Of a stretch of DNA of 64,000 nucleotides, positions 10,414 to 21,099 are shown one piece after another. The position numbers and the translations under genes were made by a program. Each line of letters begins with the position of its first letter. Within the stretch, counting starts at the first letter, position 1. This stretch comes from an uncultured Planctomycetaceae bacterium (lineage in GTDB: Bacteria; Planctomycetota; Planctomycetia; Isosphaerales; Isosphaeraceae): assembly GCA_963833985.1 (NCBI GenBank), contig CAWIAD010000001.1, positions 2,688,001 to 2,752,000 on the forward strand. The letters run 5' to 3'. Below the pieces are notes generated by a model. That model was given only the letters and a program-made list of their open reading frames with translations, searched no databases and was not told the origin of the DNA.

Positions 10414-11846
10414 TCATCTGGTAAAGGGCAGCAGCGCCCGGCGCATTTCTCGCACGTTCGCGTACCGGGCCTGGGGATCGCGGGCGAGCGCGCGATGGAT
10501 GACCGCGGCCAGGCCTGCGGGTATGTCGGGGCGACGATCGCGGATCGGCACGGGGTCCTCGAGCAGGATCTTCATGATCTTCGCATGCAGCTTCTTGGGA
10601 AAGTCGTAGATGAACTGGTCGGTCAGGAAGTTGTAAAGCGTTGCGGCGGCGCTGTACTGGTCGGCGGCGGGCCTGGCCGCGCGCAGGTCGTTGATCTGTT
10701 CGGGCGCCATGAAAGGGGCCGTTCCGCCGCCCCCGTCACTCGAGCTCAGGCCGCTCATCTTGCTGGTCAGGTAGATGCGGGCGAGGCCGAAGTCAGACAG
10801 CTTGACCACCTCGCGGCCGCCTTCCGTGGTCACCAGCATGTTGGATGGTTTGACGTCGAGGTGGACGAAGCCCTTGGCGTGGGCGTAATCGAGCGCTTGC
10901 AGCACCTGGCAGACCAGTCCGATCGCGCGGGGGTCGGCAAGGGGCCGCGATGCTGCTTCAGCAAGTGCGCCGTATCGGTCCCCGGCACATAATCCATCGC
11001 CAGGTAGAGAAGTCCGCTCGCCTCGCCCAGCTCATGAAACGCCACGATATGCGGGTGATCCAGCTCGCTCAAAATCTGTGCCTCGCGAAGGAAGCGGTTC
11101 AGCTCCACAGGCGTGGGGTCGATGGCCGGCTTGATCGTCTTGATCGCCACAAGCGAGCCGTCGGCCGAGCGGATCGCCTGGTAGACGACACCCATGCCGC
11201 CCCGGCCCAGCTCGCGGACGATCTGGTAACCCGGGATGGGCTGGGGCAGAGTTGCAGTCTGTCCCAGGCAGGCCGGGCAGAGCGAGGTCGCCTCGACGTT
11301 CGTCTTCTGTCCCTCCGAACCACCTGACTCGACCTCACCCTCCGTAAGGCTTTTTCCGCACAGGCGGCAACTGCGTGAGGTTTTTGCGGCCAGCCGAGAC
11401 TGCGACGAAACATCCACCGTGGAGAGCGAGTGCCCGGTACGCGGGGCGCTTGAAACAGGTCGAGGAGCGGTCGGGAGCGGGGCAGCGGGCCCCGTGGACC
11501 CTGAAGTCAGGACCGTCTCGACCGAGGTAGCCACGGGCACATCGCTGTCGATTACAGAAACGATCAGGACGGTCTTCCCCGCCGTGATTCGATCGCCGTC
11601 CTTGAGGTCGGCCATGGCGACTTTCCGGCCGTTGACCCTGGTTCCGTTAGTGCTGTCCATGTCGGTCAGCCGGCACTGGGGCGGGTTCATCTCGATCATG
11701 AAATGCAGACGCGAGATGCTGTTATCGTTGACCGGAAGCCGGAAGCTGGCACGTTCCGACCGCCCCACGATGAAGAAGGCGCGTTCCTGGAACTCGAACA
11801 CCTCTCCCTGGTGCGGGCCTGCTTTGACCGTGAGGCTGATGCGCAT
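10414..11846 (-). CDS. FHA-domain Ser/Thr kinase with CxxC...CxxC motif; frameshift near 10930 (probably sequencing error)
   Basis: VGRS...SISRLH...DMDSTNGT (FHA); [30 protein letters not shown]; adding one base to the G run at 10929-10933 joins the two ORFs. Confidence 0.88.
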
Positions 11847-12541
11847 GGCCTGTGATCGACCCCCCAGGTTCGAATGACTCTCATCCCAAGGAGACAGGCA
11901 TTCATCATAGTCGTTGATGCAAGCTCTCACAAGCGTTTCAGCGCGCCCAGGCGGTAACGATCCGAAGAGATCTTTTTAGCGGTGCGTTCGGTGTCCGGCG
12001 GCGAAGCCGCGGGCGTGACCGGTTCGTCGTCGCCTTGGTCTGGGAAGTGGCGCGATCGCCCCGAGCGCCGTGGAGCGCGTGCGACCGTCCGCGGGAAAAA
12101 CTCACGTATCGACCCCGCGGCCCGCTTCCGAATTCTCGTCCAGGCGATGCTCACGGCGCTCGTTCCGGCCGTCCAGGCGGGTGTTTGCTCGAATTTCAGA
12201 ATCCACTGCGAATCTCTGAAAAAAAGCGGCGGCTTCACCACGTCTTGAATGGAAACCCGACCGATTCGTTCCAGAAAGCCTCTCCGCGGCCGGCGATCCA
12301 GGTCAATCGAAGTCCAGGGCAAGTCAGCTCGCCCCAGGGCAAAGGAAGCCTCGTCCCCGTGACGAGACGGGCACCAACGATCACCGCCTGAACCGGTGCA
12401 TCGCCTTGATTCAAACCACTTCCAGCAACCGGCCAGAAAGCCATCACCTGGTCGCCGGGCCGAACCGGCCGTTGAAGAACCCAGAACGACGCCATTTCCG
12501 AGGTGATGGACCAGGCTCGCTCACTACAAGGAGATAGGAAC

Positions 12542-13117
12542 ATGGGACTCGCTCTTGCGCTTTCGCTGGCGCTGGCCGCACAGCAGACCACGACGTTGGT
12601 GAACCAGGTTGACGGAACGGCCCAGAAATTCGAGCTTTACTGGACTTTTGCTCCGACGACGCTCGCGCTCACGATGAATGGAGCGACAGTATCCGCAGTC
12701 AACAACAATGCACCGTCCACGCCCGTCTCAATCGCCTTCAACCCGGCCCAGATCAATCCCATTCCGAAAAATCCCAACCTGTGCGTGGTGTCGGATCAGA
12801 ATGGGGTCGCACTCTTATCCTACCAATGGAACAGTGTGCTTTACAGCGATCAGCAAGCCAGGTTGGGTTTCGAGGTCGCCTATGCCCTCGAGGACCAGAT
12901 GTCGCCCTATACCTTCATCGCCTTCGACTACGGGGCTTTCTATGAAGTTGTTCTCACTCCGGCGTCCGGCAAGGTACAAGATATTCAAGATGTCATGAAC
13001 GGGAAGCTATTCTCGGTCTCCGGGACCGCAACCTTCGAGCTCCTGGTCGCGCCTTACAATGGCTATCTGAATCCCAGACCGGATCTGAGAGTGTTCTTCC
13101 CGGCTGTACGCTTCTGA
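12542..13117 (+). CDS. Hypothetical secreted beta-rich protein, paralog of 4258..4833
   Basis: 191 aa, AAGGAG RBS, shared ALEDQMSP, FDYGAF and VQDIQDVMNGK motifs. Confidence 0.85.
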   Translation: MGLALALSLALAAQQTTTLVNQVDGTAQKFELYWTFAPTTLALTMNGATVSAVNNNAPSTPVSIAFNPAQINPIPKNPNLCVVSDQNGVALLSYQWNSVLYSDQQARLGFEVAYALEDQMSPYTFIAFDYGAFYEVVLTPASGKVQDIQDVMNGKLFSVSGTATFELLVAPYNGYLNPRPDLRVFFPAVRF

Positions 13118-13277
13118 CTGGCGACTGACCACGCGAATCGGATCCTTTCTTGAGGTGGTTCCCGAACTGGCAGTCTGAGGGCCGGGTGCCGGTGACCCGC
13201 GCAAAAAGTGCCGCCCGTGGCACGACGCGTGACCCGGGCGGATTCCTCGTCGGTGCCTGCGGTCTGCTGGCCGGTCG

Positions 13278-13943
13278 TCAGTGGGGATCACCCAGGCGTA
13301 TGCGATGTCGTTCCGCAACGGCTTCGCCCGATGTGCCTGGGAACGGCTCGGCGGAGGTTCCGGCGGCCGTGGTGCTCCGGCCGATGGTCGCGGCCGTCGC
13401 GGTCGTCACGGCCGGGCGGGTGCTCTCCCGGTCCAGGTCGTAACCGCCGTTGCGGTGCAGGATCTGAAGGGCCTCGTCATGTCGCGATCCCGCTTTCACC
13501 GTCACGATTGTGCGGCCGGCCTCGAACTCGCGTTCGTAGTATTCGCTCTCCTCCGTTCGCAAGGTTTCCCCGGTCGCCGCGCCGAGCACCCCGCCGATGG
13601 CAGCACCGCCGGCGGTGTTGGCCAGGACCAGCGCCAGAGTTCCTCCGGCGATGACCGGTCCGATCACGGGAATGACGCCCGAGGAGAGCCCCAGCGCCAC
13701 GAGCCCACCAAGCGATGCCCCGGCCACCGCACCGGTCACGGCGCCCGATGCCGTGGCGGGAGACGACTGTTCGGTCCCGGAATCCGGTACCGGAGCGACC
13801 CCCGCGCCGGCGTCACGTCCGGCGATGCCGATCTGGTCTGCCCCGAAGCCTGCATCGGTCAACTCCCTGATGGCACTCTCGGCGTGAGCTCGATCCTCGA
13901 AAACTCCAATCAGCGTTGCGCGTTGCCCAGCGATCGCGGCCAT
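13278..13943 (-). CDS. General stress protein (YflT/17M-like) with glycine zipper
   Basis: GVFEDRAHAESAIRELTDAGF..DQI; IPVIGPVIAGG; YYEREFEAGRTIVTV. Confidence 0.82.
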   Translation of the reverse strand: MAAIAGQRATLIGVFEDRAHAESAIRELTDAGFGADQIGIAGRDAGAGVAPVPDSGTEQSSPATASGAVTGAVAGASLGGLVALGLSSGVIPVIGPVIAGGTLALVLANTAGGAAIGGVLGAATGETLRTEESEYYEREFEAGRTIVTVKAGSRHDEALQILHRNGGYDLDRESTRPAVTTATAATIGRSTTAAGTSAEPFPGTSGEAVAERHRIRLGDPH

Positions 13944-14020
13944 GAGAGTCTCCATGTTCCAAGGATTTCGTAGCGAACGGCGCAAGGTTTAATGAGTCTA
14001 CCTGTTAGAGAACAAGTCAC

Positions 14021-14036
14021 TGCAAAGCAGATGCCA
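14021..14036 (-). promoter_or_regulatory. Sigma-54 (-24/-12) promoter of the general stress gene
   Basis: TGGCATCTGCTTTGCA with exact GG-N10-GC spacing, about 80 nt upstream of the start. Confidence 0.7.
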
Positions 14037-15211
14037 TGGCGGTCATGAGGGAAACGATTGTCCGTGTGCCCCGGGATCGACTGGCCACCGGATTCTGGAA
14101 AAAAATCCCCAGGTTTTTGTCATCGCGCGAACCGGATCCGCCCGTAGAATGTCTGTGAGTCGAACGCCCCGGCCGCGTGCCCTGAACTGGTGCGCCCGGG
14201 GAGGCAACTGGACGTTTTTTTGGTCCAGTCGTGCCGACGGCCGTACATGGTGTCCGGCCGCATCGAGATCTCGGGAGCCATCAGGAACCCATGACTCGGT
14301 AGGTGATCCCGATGGACGTCCGGGCGACGTCCTACCCCCGTGAGGCACTGCTGCAACGATCGGAACGGGCCAGGGTTTCATGCACCCCGGTCCAGGTCTG
14401 GAAATGCTTTGCAGCGAATTCGAGCCTCACCCTGTGATCCCGCCTTCACCGGCGGATGTGAGGGTCTTGCCATGTTGAACCGCACGAACCTGACGCAGTC
14501 AGCTCTGACCAACCGGCTGAACCTCGGGACGCGGGCGCTCGCACTGAACGCGATTGCGAGCCATGGCAAGCGAACCCAGCGCATCCGTCACGTCCATCTT
14601 GATGTCATGCGCCAGAAGCCCATGTGGCGTGACGTAAGCCCATTTTCCAAAGTGGATTACGACATTCCGCATGTGCCCGGATCGATTCTCCCTGGCTCGC
14701 AGCAACGCCCCATTCGCTGCTCGAGCCAGCGTCCCAGGCGAACGCAGGGTTGCAGATCGGCCGCTCCAGCGGCGGTCGCCGCACCCGGCTGAGGAAGGAT
14801 CGGCGGGTTCGTCCGCGGCGCTGGATTCCGGCCACGCGATACGCGTTCACCCCGGAGCCGTTCGGCTCTCGTGGTTGACGTGGGTCCCGGCTGGGTCCGG
14901 ATTGCGCAGCGAGCTTCCCAGGGCAGACCGTTGTGGCTCCGGGCGGACGATTCGTACCGGACGGACGAAATGGCCGCTCTCGCGCACAGACATCGTCGCC
15001 GCGCCCGGCCCGTGCTCGCCGGAGGCCGCGTCTCACGCCACTGGAGCGTGGGCGCCGTTCCGCCTCACCGTCTCGGGCACAACCGGGCGTGGCTCATGGA
15101 CTTTCATGATGACACCCGACGGCCCCCTGAGCTGCCGTGCCGCGTGCACGTACCAAGCAGCAGCGCAGGGGCGACGCCGGTTCGATTCCCGGACTCGGGA
15201 AGGTGGGTTCC

Positions 15212-15880
15212 GTGGCAACCCTGGAGATGGACGAGACACGAAGTTCGGGCTGGACCGAGGTGGCAAGCCTGGTCCAGCAGGCGCAGGAGGGGGATCGGGA
15301 GGCGTTCGGCCTGCTGGTCGAGCAGTTCCAGTCCACGGTCCAGGCGATCGCCCTGCGCCGGCTGGGCAACGCCAGCGAGGCCGTGGAGCTGACCCAGGAA
15401 GTGTTCCTGCACGTCCTGCGGCGCATTCACCAGCTTCGCGAGCCGGAGCGGTTCGCCGGCTGGCTGCGCCAGGTCACCGTGCGCATGGCCATCAATCGGG
15501 CCACCCGGAAGACCGCCCCCGCGACAGCGGATGCCGGCGTGCTCGAAGGGTCGTACGAGCAGGCGCGTCAGCCGGTGGAGGAGTTGATCCGACGGGAGCG
15601 CGCCGAGCGTCTCTGGGCGGCCCTCAGGCGGCTCAAGCCACTCGATCGCGATGCGCTGGTGGCCTTCTACATCCGGGGGCTGTCGCTGGTGGAGATGGTC
15701 GGCGAGCTCCAGGTTCCCCTGGGTACGATCAAGCGCCGGCTGCACACCGCGCGGAAACGATTGCGGCTGGAGCTGGAGGCCTCGGCGGCCGATGCGGAAG
15801 AATGGGGTCTTGGCCGACCAGCCGAGCATGAAATGAGCGAGACCGACGACGTGGAGGCCGGTTGCCTGGCCGCGTGCTGA
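15212..15880 (+). CDS. ECF sigma-70 factor
   Basis: AQEGDREAFGLLV, ELTQEVFL, FAGWL, LSLVEM...VPLGTIKRRLHTARKRL; start uncertain (GTG 15212 or ATG 15227). Confidence 0.9.
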   Translation: MATLEMDETRSSGWTEVASLVQQAQEGDREAFGLLVEQFQSTVQAIALRRLGNASEAVELTQEVFLHVLRRIHQLREPERFAGWLRQVTVRMAINRATRKTAPATADAGVLEGSYEQARQPVEELIRRERAERLWAALRRLKPLDRDALVAFYIRGLSLVEMVGELQVPLGTIKRRLHTARKRLRLELEASAADAEEWGLGRPAEHEMSETDDVEAGCLAAC

Positions 15881-15935
15881 TGCCTACAGCACGCCACCAG
15901 GTCGCCGGTCCCGCCTGCGCGGAAGCAGCCGGCCG

Positions 15936-16322
15936 TCACAATACGGACGTCGGCAGCGTCGATTCCATCAGCCTGCGCCGATCCAATTCATACTTCGCCC
16001 GGTCGTCCAGATACGCCCTGGCTCGCCGCTGTAACCTTGCGAAGCCCACCAGCGGTGAAACGATCATGGGCGCGAAGAGGATGAGCACGACGGCAAGGCC
16101 GATATCCGGCCGGCCGAAGGCGGTGAAGAGCGACAGCACCATCAAGGCGATGCCGCTGGGCACGAGAGCCAGTAACCACGCCGCGCGCCGATGGCGGGCG
16201 AGCTGCTCCTCAACCGGCTCAACTCCCAGCCTGAGGCGGCCCAGGCGGCTTACCCAGCGTCTCTCGCTTGCTTTCCAGCGCTCATCCAGCTCTGCCAGTG
16301 AGTCACTTCCAGGCTCATCCAT
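15936..16322 (-). CDS. Hypothetical membrane protein (2 TM)
   Basis: Two hydrophobic segments; fills the intergenic space. Confidence 0.6.
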   Translation of the reverse strand: MDEPGSDSLAELDERWKASERRWVSRLGRLRLGVEPVEEQLARHRRAAWLLALVPSGIALMVLSLFTAFGRPDIGLAVVLILFAPMIVSPLVGFARLQRRARAYLDDRAKYELDRRRLMESTLPTSVL

Positions 16323-16451
16323 CAACGATCTTTCGTGAATCATCTCCTGCTCGCTGGCCCCGCGATCGCGGTGCATCATTTGTTATTCTAGACTCAGCCT
16401 CGCCGATCGTAAACGGACCTCACCCTTGCCCCGGCCAGCGAGAACCCAACC

Positions 16452-17639
16452 ATGATGCGGACCAGCTCCCGGTGCTTTGCACTCTCATGGATGTTGCTTG
16501 CGTGCTCACCTGCGACCACCCCGTCCCTGGCACAAACGCCGAGTTCCGCTCCCTCCCCGGCCGTCACGAAGGCCCTGCAACCCCTGGTTGACAGCCACTG
16601 CCTGGCCGGCGCGGTCACGCTGGTGGCCGACAAGGAGAGGATCCTCAGCGTCAACACGGTGGGCTACTCGGATATCGCCGCGCGCAGGCCGATGTCCGCA
16701 GACGCGCTCTTCTGGATCGCCTCGCAGTCCAAGCCCATCACGGCCACGGCTCTCATGATGCTGGTGGACGAGGGCAAGCTGAGCCTCGACGACCCCGTCG
16801 CCAACATCCTTCCCGAGTTTCGCGGCCAGTGGCTGGCCGTGGAACAGGACCGCGATCGAGTTTACCTGAAGAGGCCCCAGCGGCCGATCACCGTTCGCGA
16901 CATCCTCAGCCATACCAGCGGCTTGCCCTTCGCCTCAGCCGCCGAGCAGCCCACGCTCGACCTCTTGCCCCTGCGCGTCACCGCGCTCACCTACGCCATG
17001 ACCCCTCTCCAGTTCGAGCCGGGAAGCAAATACCAGTACTCCAACGCCGGCATCAACACGGCGGGACGGATCATCGAGGTGAAAAGCGGCATGCCTTACG
17101 AGGAGTTCCTCGAAACGCGGCTGTTCCATCCTTTGGGAATGAAGGACACCACGTTCTGGCCCAGCGGGGAGCAGCTCTCACGGCTGGCGAAGTCATACAA
17201 GCCGGGCAAGGACGGCAAGGGACTCGAGGAAACGGTCGTGACCCAGCTCAAGTATCCCCTGAGCGACCGCACGCGTCAGCCCGTGCCCGCGGGCGGCCTG
17301 TTCTCCACGGCCCATGACCTGGCGCGGTTCTGTCAGATGATGCTTGGAGAGGGTGTGTTCGAGGGCAAGCGGTACGTGTCTCAGAACGCGGTGCATGAGC
17401 TCACCCGCAGGCAAACGCCCGCTCCGCTCAAGGAGAGCTACGGACTGGGCTGGTCGGCGGGCGGGGGCACGTTCGGCCACGGAGGCGCATACTCCACCAA
17501 CATGACCATCGATCGCGATCGCGGTTTGATCTACATCTTCATGGTCCAGCATGCGGGTTTTCCCGGCAATGGCGGCACCAGCTTCGAGGCGTTCAAGAAG
17601 GCCGCCCTCGAGGCGTTCGGCAAAGCGCCCCGTTCCTGA
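16452..17639 (+). CDS. Serine hydrolase, beta-lactamase class C-like, exported
   Basis: IASQSK (SxxK), LSHTSG, YSN and FGHGG motifs; signal peptide. Confidence 0.9.
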   Translation: MMRTSSRCFALSWMLLACSPATTPSLAQTPSSAPSPAVTKALQPLVDSHCLAGAVTLVADKERILSVNTVGYSDIAARRPMSADALFWIASQSKPITATALMMLVDEGKLSLDDPVANILPEFRGQWLAVEQDRDRVYLKRPQRPITVRDILSHTSGLPFASAAEQPTLDLLPLRVTALTYAMTPLQFEPGSKYQYSNAGINTAGRIIEVKSGMPYEEFLETRLFHPLGMKDTTFWPSGEQLSRLAKSYKPGKDGKGLEETVVTQLKYPLSDRTRQPVPAGGLFSTAHDLARFCQMMLGEGVFEGKRYVSQNAVHELTRRQTPAPLKESYGLGWSAGGGTFGHGGAYSTNMTIDRDRGLIYIFMVQHAGFPGNGGTSFEAFKKAALEAFGKAPRS

Positions 17640-17834
17640 CAGAGACGGGACAATTCTCAAGGCCGCGCATGAATGCGTGGCTCAAGCACGCGGTTCTCAT
17701 GGGGATTGACCGACAGGCCGACCCCAAAAAAGCTGGGCCGCTTTTCAAGAAAGTTGTATGGCGCGTTCCGGTCGCTGCATATCCGAGGTGGAGCGTCGAT
17801 CTGAAAGACTCTTGCGATCATCCGGGAGTGGTTC

Positions 17835-19487
17835 ATGGCCACGGGAGAATCACGTCCGCTCGGCCACCAACTGGAACGGCTCTGGGGCACCGGAACCCTT
17901 TCCGGGTTGAGCGATGCGGACCTGGTGAAGCGGTTCACTGGCCCGAGAGAGCCAGCCGCCGAGCAGGCCTTCGAAACCTTGCTCGACCGGCACGGACCGA
18001 TGGTTCTGGGCGTGTGCCGCCACATCCTGAGACGACCGCAAGACGTGGACGATGCCTTTCAAGCTACCTTCCTGGTCCTGGTCAAAAAGGCCCGATCGGT
18101 CCGGATTGACCAGTCGCTCGGCCCCTGGCTGTACGGAGTGGCGTATCGCACGGCGCTCCGGTCCCGGTCAAGGTCCGCGCGACATCGATTGGAAGAGATG
18201 GACGACCTGGAAGGACCGGCGGCCGATCCGGCCAGCGGAACCCTGGCGTGGGAGATCCGGCCCATGCTCCACGAGGAGCTGAACCGGCTTCCCGACAAGT
18301 ACCGCTCGCCGATCGTCCTCTGCCATCTGGAAGGGAAAAGCCATGAGGAGGCCGCGCGCATGCTCGACTGGCCGGTGGGCACGCTCAGCGGCCGGCTGTC
18401 CCGCGGGCGCCAGCTTCTCAAGGATCGACTCGAGCGAAGAGGTCTGACGGCATCGTCCGGAGTGCTCATCGCCCGGTTCCCTGGCGAAGCGCTCACGGCC
18501 CTGCCCATGCGGCTTGCCAGACAGACCATCCAGTCCGCGCTTGGCTCCGGCGCCGGGACGATCGTTTCCACCTCGGTCCTCACACTGACTCAAGGAGTCC
18601 TGAACGCCATGTTCCTGCACAGCTTCAAGAAAGCGGCACTCGTCTTCGTTTCCGTCGCGGCCATCACCGGGGCCTTTGGCTGGCGGTCGGGCTGGTTGAA
18701 CGCCATTCGAGGTGCCGATGATCCCCCCAGCCTGCCGCAGGCGGCTCAACCCAGGACAGCGCCCGCGCCATCTCCTCCTGCCGCATTGCCGGCCGGGCAG
18801 CCCGCTCTCTCTCAGACTGCGCCGGACCGCAAGCTTTACCAACCGCCCGGAGACGGGGCGATGAAATACACGCCCCTGAAGAACTCCCCGAACCTGACCG
18901 GCGTCCGCGACCAGTACCCGATGGCGCGCACGGGGTCCATCCTCATGGTCGAGACTCCCGATCACGGCTTCGCCGCGATCAGCGAGACAAGCGGCCGCGG
19001 CGAGTGGAGACGGTACAAACCGCCGGCGGGGCAAACCGCGACCTGGATTGCCGGTGCGGACGTGCTCAGCTTCATGATGAAGGGTGACACGATCACCGAG
19101 ATCGCGGCCTTCAGCGCCGAGACCGATCAGTGGGCCACACAGAAGCTCCTCAAGCCCGCCACCGAGCAGATTTCCCCGGTGATCGGCCCGGGTTGCGCCC
19201 TCTTCCAGGAAGGGAACAACTTCTATGCGTTCAGTGCCCCCAAGGGCGCCTGGGATGTGCTCAGCCTGCCGGAGGGCGAGAAGCCCGTGGCGTCCCTGTC
19301 TGGAACTGACGTGATTGTGCAGCAGGGCGACACGATCCACGTCTTCCCCATCAAGCTGGGCAAGTGGTCGCAGGGGATCCAGGGGAAACCCTCCATCCGC
19401 CCGGCTCAGCCTCAATCTCAACCTCAGCCTCAACCCCAGCCTCGGCCTGAACCCCAACCTCAGCCTCAGCCGGGAATCAGGCCATAG
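17835..19487 (+). CDS. Extended ECF sigma factor with TM and C-terminal extracytoplasmic domain
   Basis: RHGPMVLGVC, DDAFQATFLVL, GPWLYGVA, WPVGTLSGRLSRGR; TM; QP-rich tail. Confidence 0.92.
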   Translation: MATGESRPLGHQLERLWGTGTLSGLSDADLVKRFTGPREPAAEQAFETLLDRHGPMVLGVCRHILRRPQDVDDAFQATFLVLVKKARSVRIDQSLGPWLYGVAYRTALRSRSRSARHRLEEMDDLEGPAADPASGTLAWEIRPMLHEELNRLPDKYRSPIVLCHLEGKSHEEAARMLDWPVGTLSGRLSRGRQLLKDRLERRGLTASSGVLIARFPGEALTALPMRLARQTIQSALGSGAGTIVSTSVLTLTQGVLNAMFLHSFKKAALVFVSVAAITGAFGWRSGWLNAIRGADDPPSLPQAAQPRTAPAPSPPAALPAGQPALSQTAPDRKLYQPPGDGAMKYTPLKNSPNLTGVRDQYPMARTGSILMVETPDHGFAAISETSGRGEWRRYKPPAGQTATWIAGADVLSFMMKGDTITEIAAFSAETDQWATQKLLKPATEQISPVIGPGCALFQEGNNFYAFSAPKGAWDVLSLPEGEKPVASLSGTDVIVQQGDTIHVFPIKLGKWSQGIQGKPSIRPAQPQSQPQPQPQPRPEPQPQPQPGIRP

Positions 19488-19612
19488 CAGAGCGGCTGCT
19501 GGGAATCGATCCGTAAACCCTTCTCCGGGGTGAAGTTCTGAGAAAGTTGTATGAGAAACGTCATCCCGGCACATTCTTCTTCAGGACGGATCAGCCAGAG
19601 GTCCAGTGGAGA

Positions 19613-19647
19613 ATGACGTCGCAATGGTCGTCCCAGCTTCGGAATGC
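19613..19647 (+). pseudogene. Detached first codons (MTSQWSSQLR..) of the ECF gene that continues at 23909
   Basis: GGAG RBS; when joined, the N-terminus aligns without gaps to the paralog at 17835. Confidence 0.7.
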
Positions 19648-21099
19648 CCTAGCCCATGTTTGGGGTGAGATCGCCTTCCGCGCGACTGCTGCCACGCATA
19701 ATTCCTCTATTTTCCAGGGGTTGGCGAGCGGCATACCCGTTTTTTTCCGAAAAGTGTAGTGACAATATCGACGCGATTACTTCGGAATTTACCTTGATTT
19801 CGCCTTGAAATCGGCGCGTTCCGTCGTGATACTTCACGACATGTACCTGAGAACCATAAAAGTCCGGTCGTCCAGCGGTGCGCTGAACGAGTACGTCCGC
19901 GTCGTCGAAGCCTATCGCGACAACGGTAAGGTCAAGCAACGCACCGTGGCCGATCTGGGACGCAAGGACCTGCTTGCGGAATTGTTTCCCAAGCTAAAAC
20001 GCTTGCTCGGTCAAGATGTCGAGTCGGAGTCCGCTGGGGACGAGGATCTCGACATCCTGGACGCTTCCACCTGGGGGCCGGTCCTCGCCGTCCGGGCCTT
20101 GTTCGACCAACTCGGGCTCTGGACCATCCTCGACGAATCACTCGGCAAAGCCAAAGGCGTGCCGTTTACTGACCGGGCCTTCGTGCTCATTGCCAATCGC
20201 CTGATTCACCCCGCCAGCGAACACGGCTTGGCGGGGTGGCTGGAGACCGACTTCGTCTGTGATCGCCAAGGCCGCCGTTTTGTTCCTCGCTGGCACCAGC
20301 ACAAGCGGGTTCGCGTCGACTTTCGCCAACTGGAGTCCTGGTACCGGACCCTCAATCAACTCGTGGACGCCAAGGAACGGATCGAGGTGGCTCTTTATCA
20401 CCGCCTTCGCGACCTGTTCAGTATCAAGCCGGACCTGGTGCTCTATGACATCACGAGCACCTACTTCGAGGGAGCTGGACCGGCCAACTTCGCCAAGCAT
20501 GGCTACAGTCGGGACGGCAAGCCGCACAACGTCCAGGTGATCGTCGGAGTGGTGATGGTGGGCGGCTGGCCGATCGCTCATCACGTTTGGGCCGGCAACG
20601 AAGTCGACCACCAGACCGTGCAGAAAGCCATTCGTGATCTGCACCAGCGATTTGGTTTCAGCCGCCTCGTTTTTGTCGGCGATCGAGGCATGATCACCAA
20701 TGACAATCTGGAAGCGATCACTGGCGACAAGCATGGCTATCTTGTGGGCGTGAAGCGAAGGCGGAATGCAAAGTTGACCAAGTGGCTGGCTGCCCTCGAC
20801 GATGCCAAGTGGATTTCTTGCCCGGTAGGGATCACCGCCCGGGAAAAGACCAATCCACCGCGCACTCGGGCGCAAGAGGTGCCGTCAGGAGTTGAAGGTT
20901 TGCGGATAATCATCGTCGATTCCGACGAGCGCCGCGAATACGAGCAAGCCATGCGTCAGAAGGCCATGGAGCGGACACATCAATCGCTCGAAGAAGTTGC
21001 AGGGGCGTGTGGCGGCAGGGAAGTTGAAACAGCCCGAGAAGATTGGCGCCGCAGCCGAGCACCTCCTGCAACGAAACCATGGCTATCGTTACTATTCGT

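Noticed and set aside
19407..19470. CCTCAG-type short tandem repeat as a contingency locus
   Set aside because: Degenerate in-frame QP linker at a protein tail; ordinary low complexity
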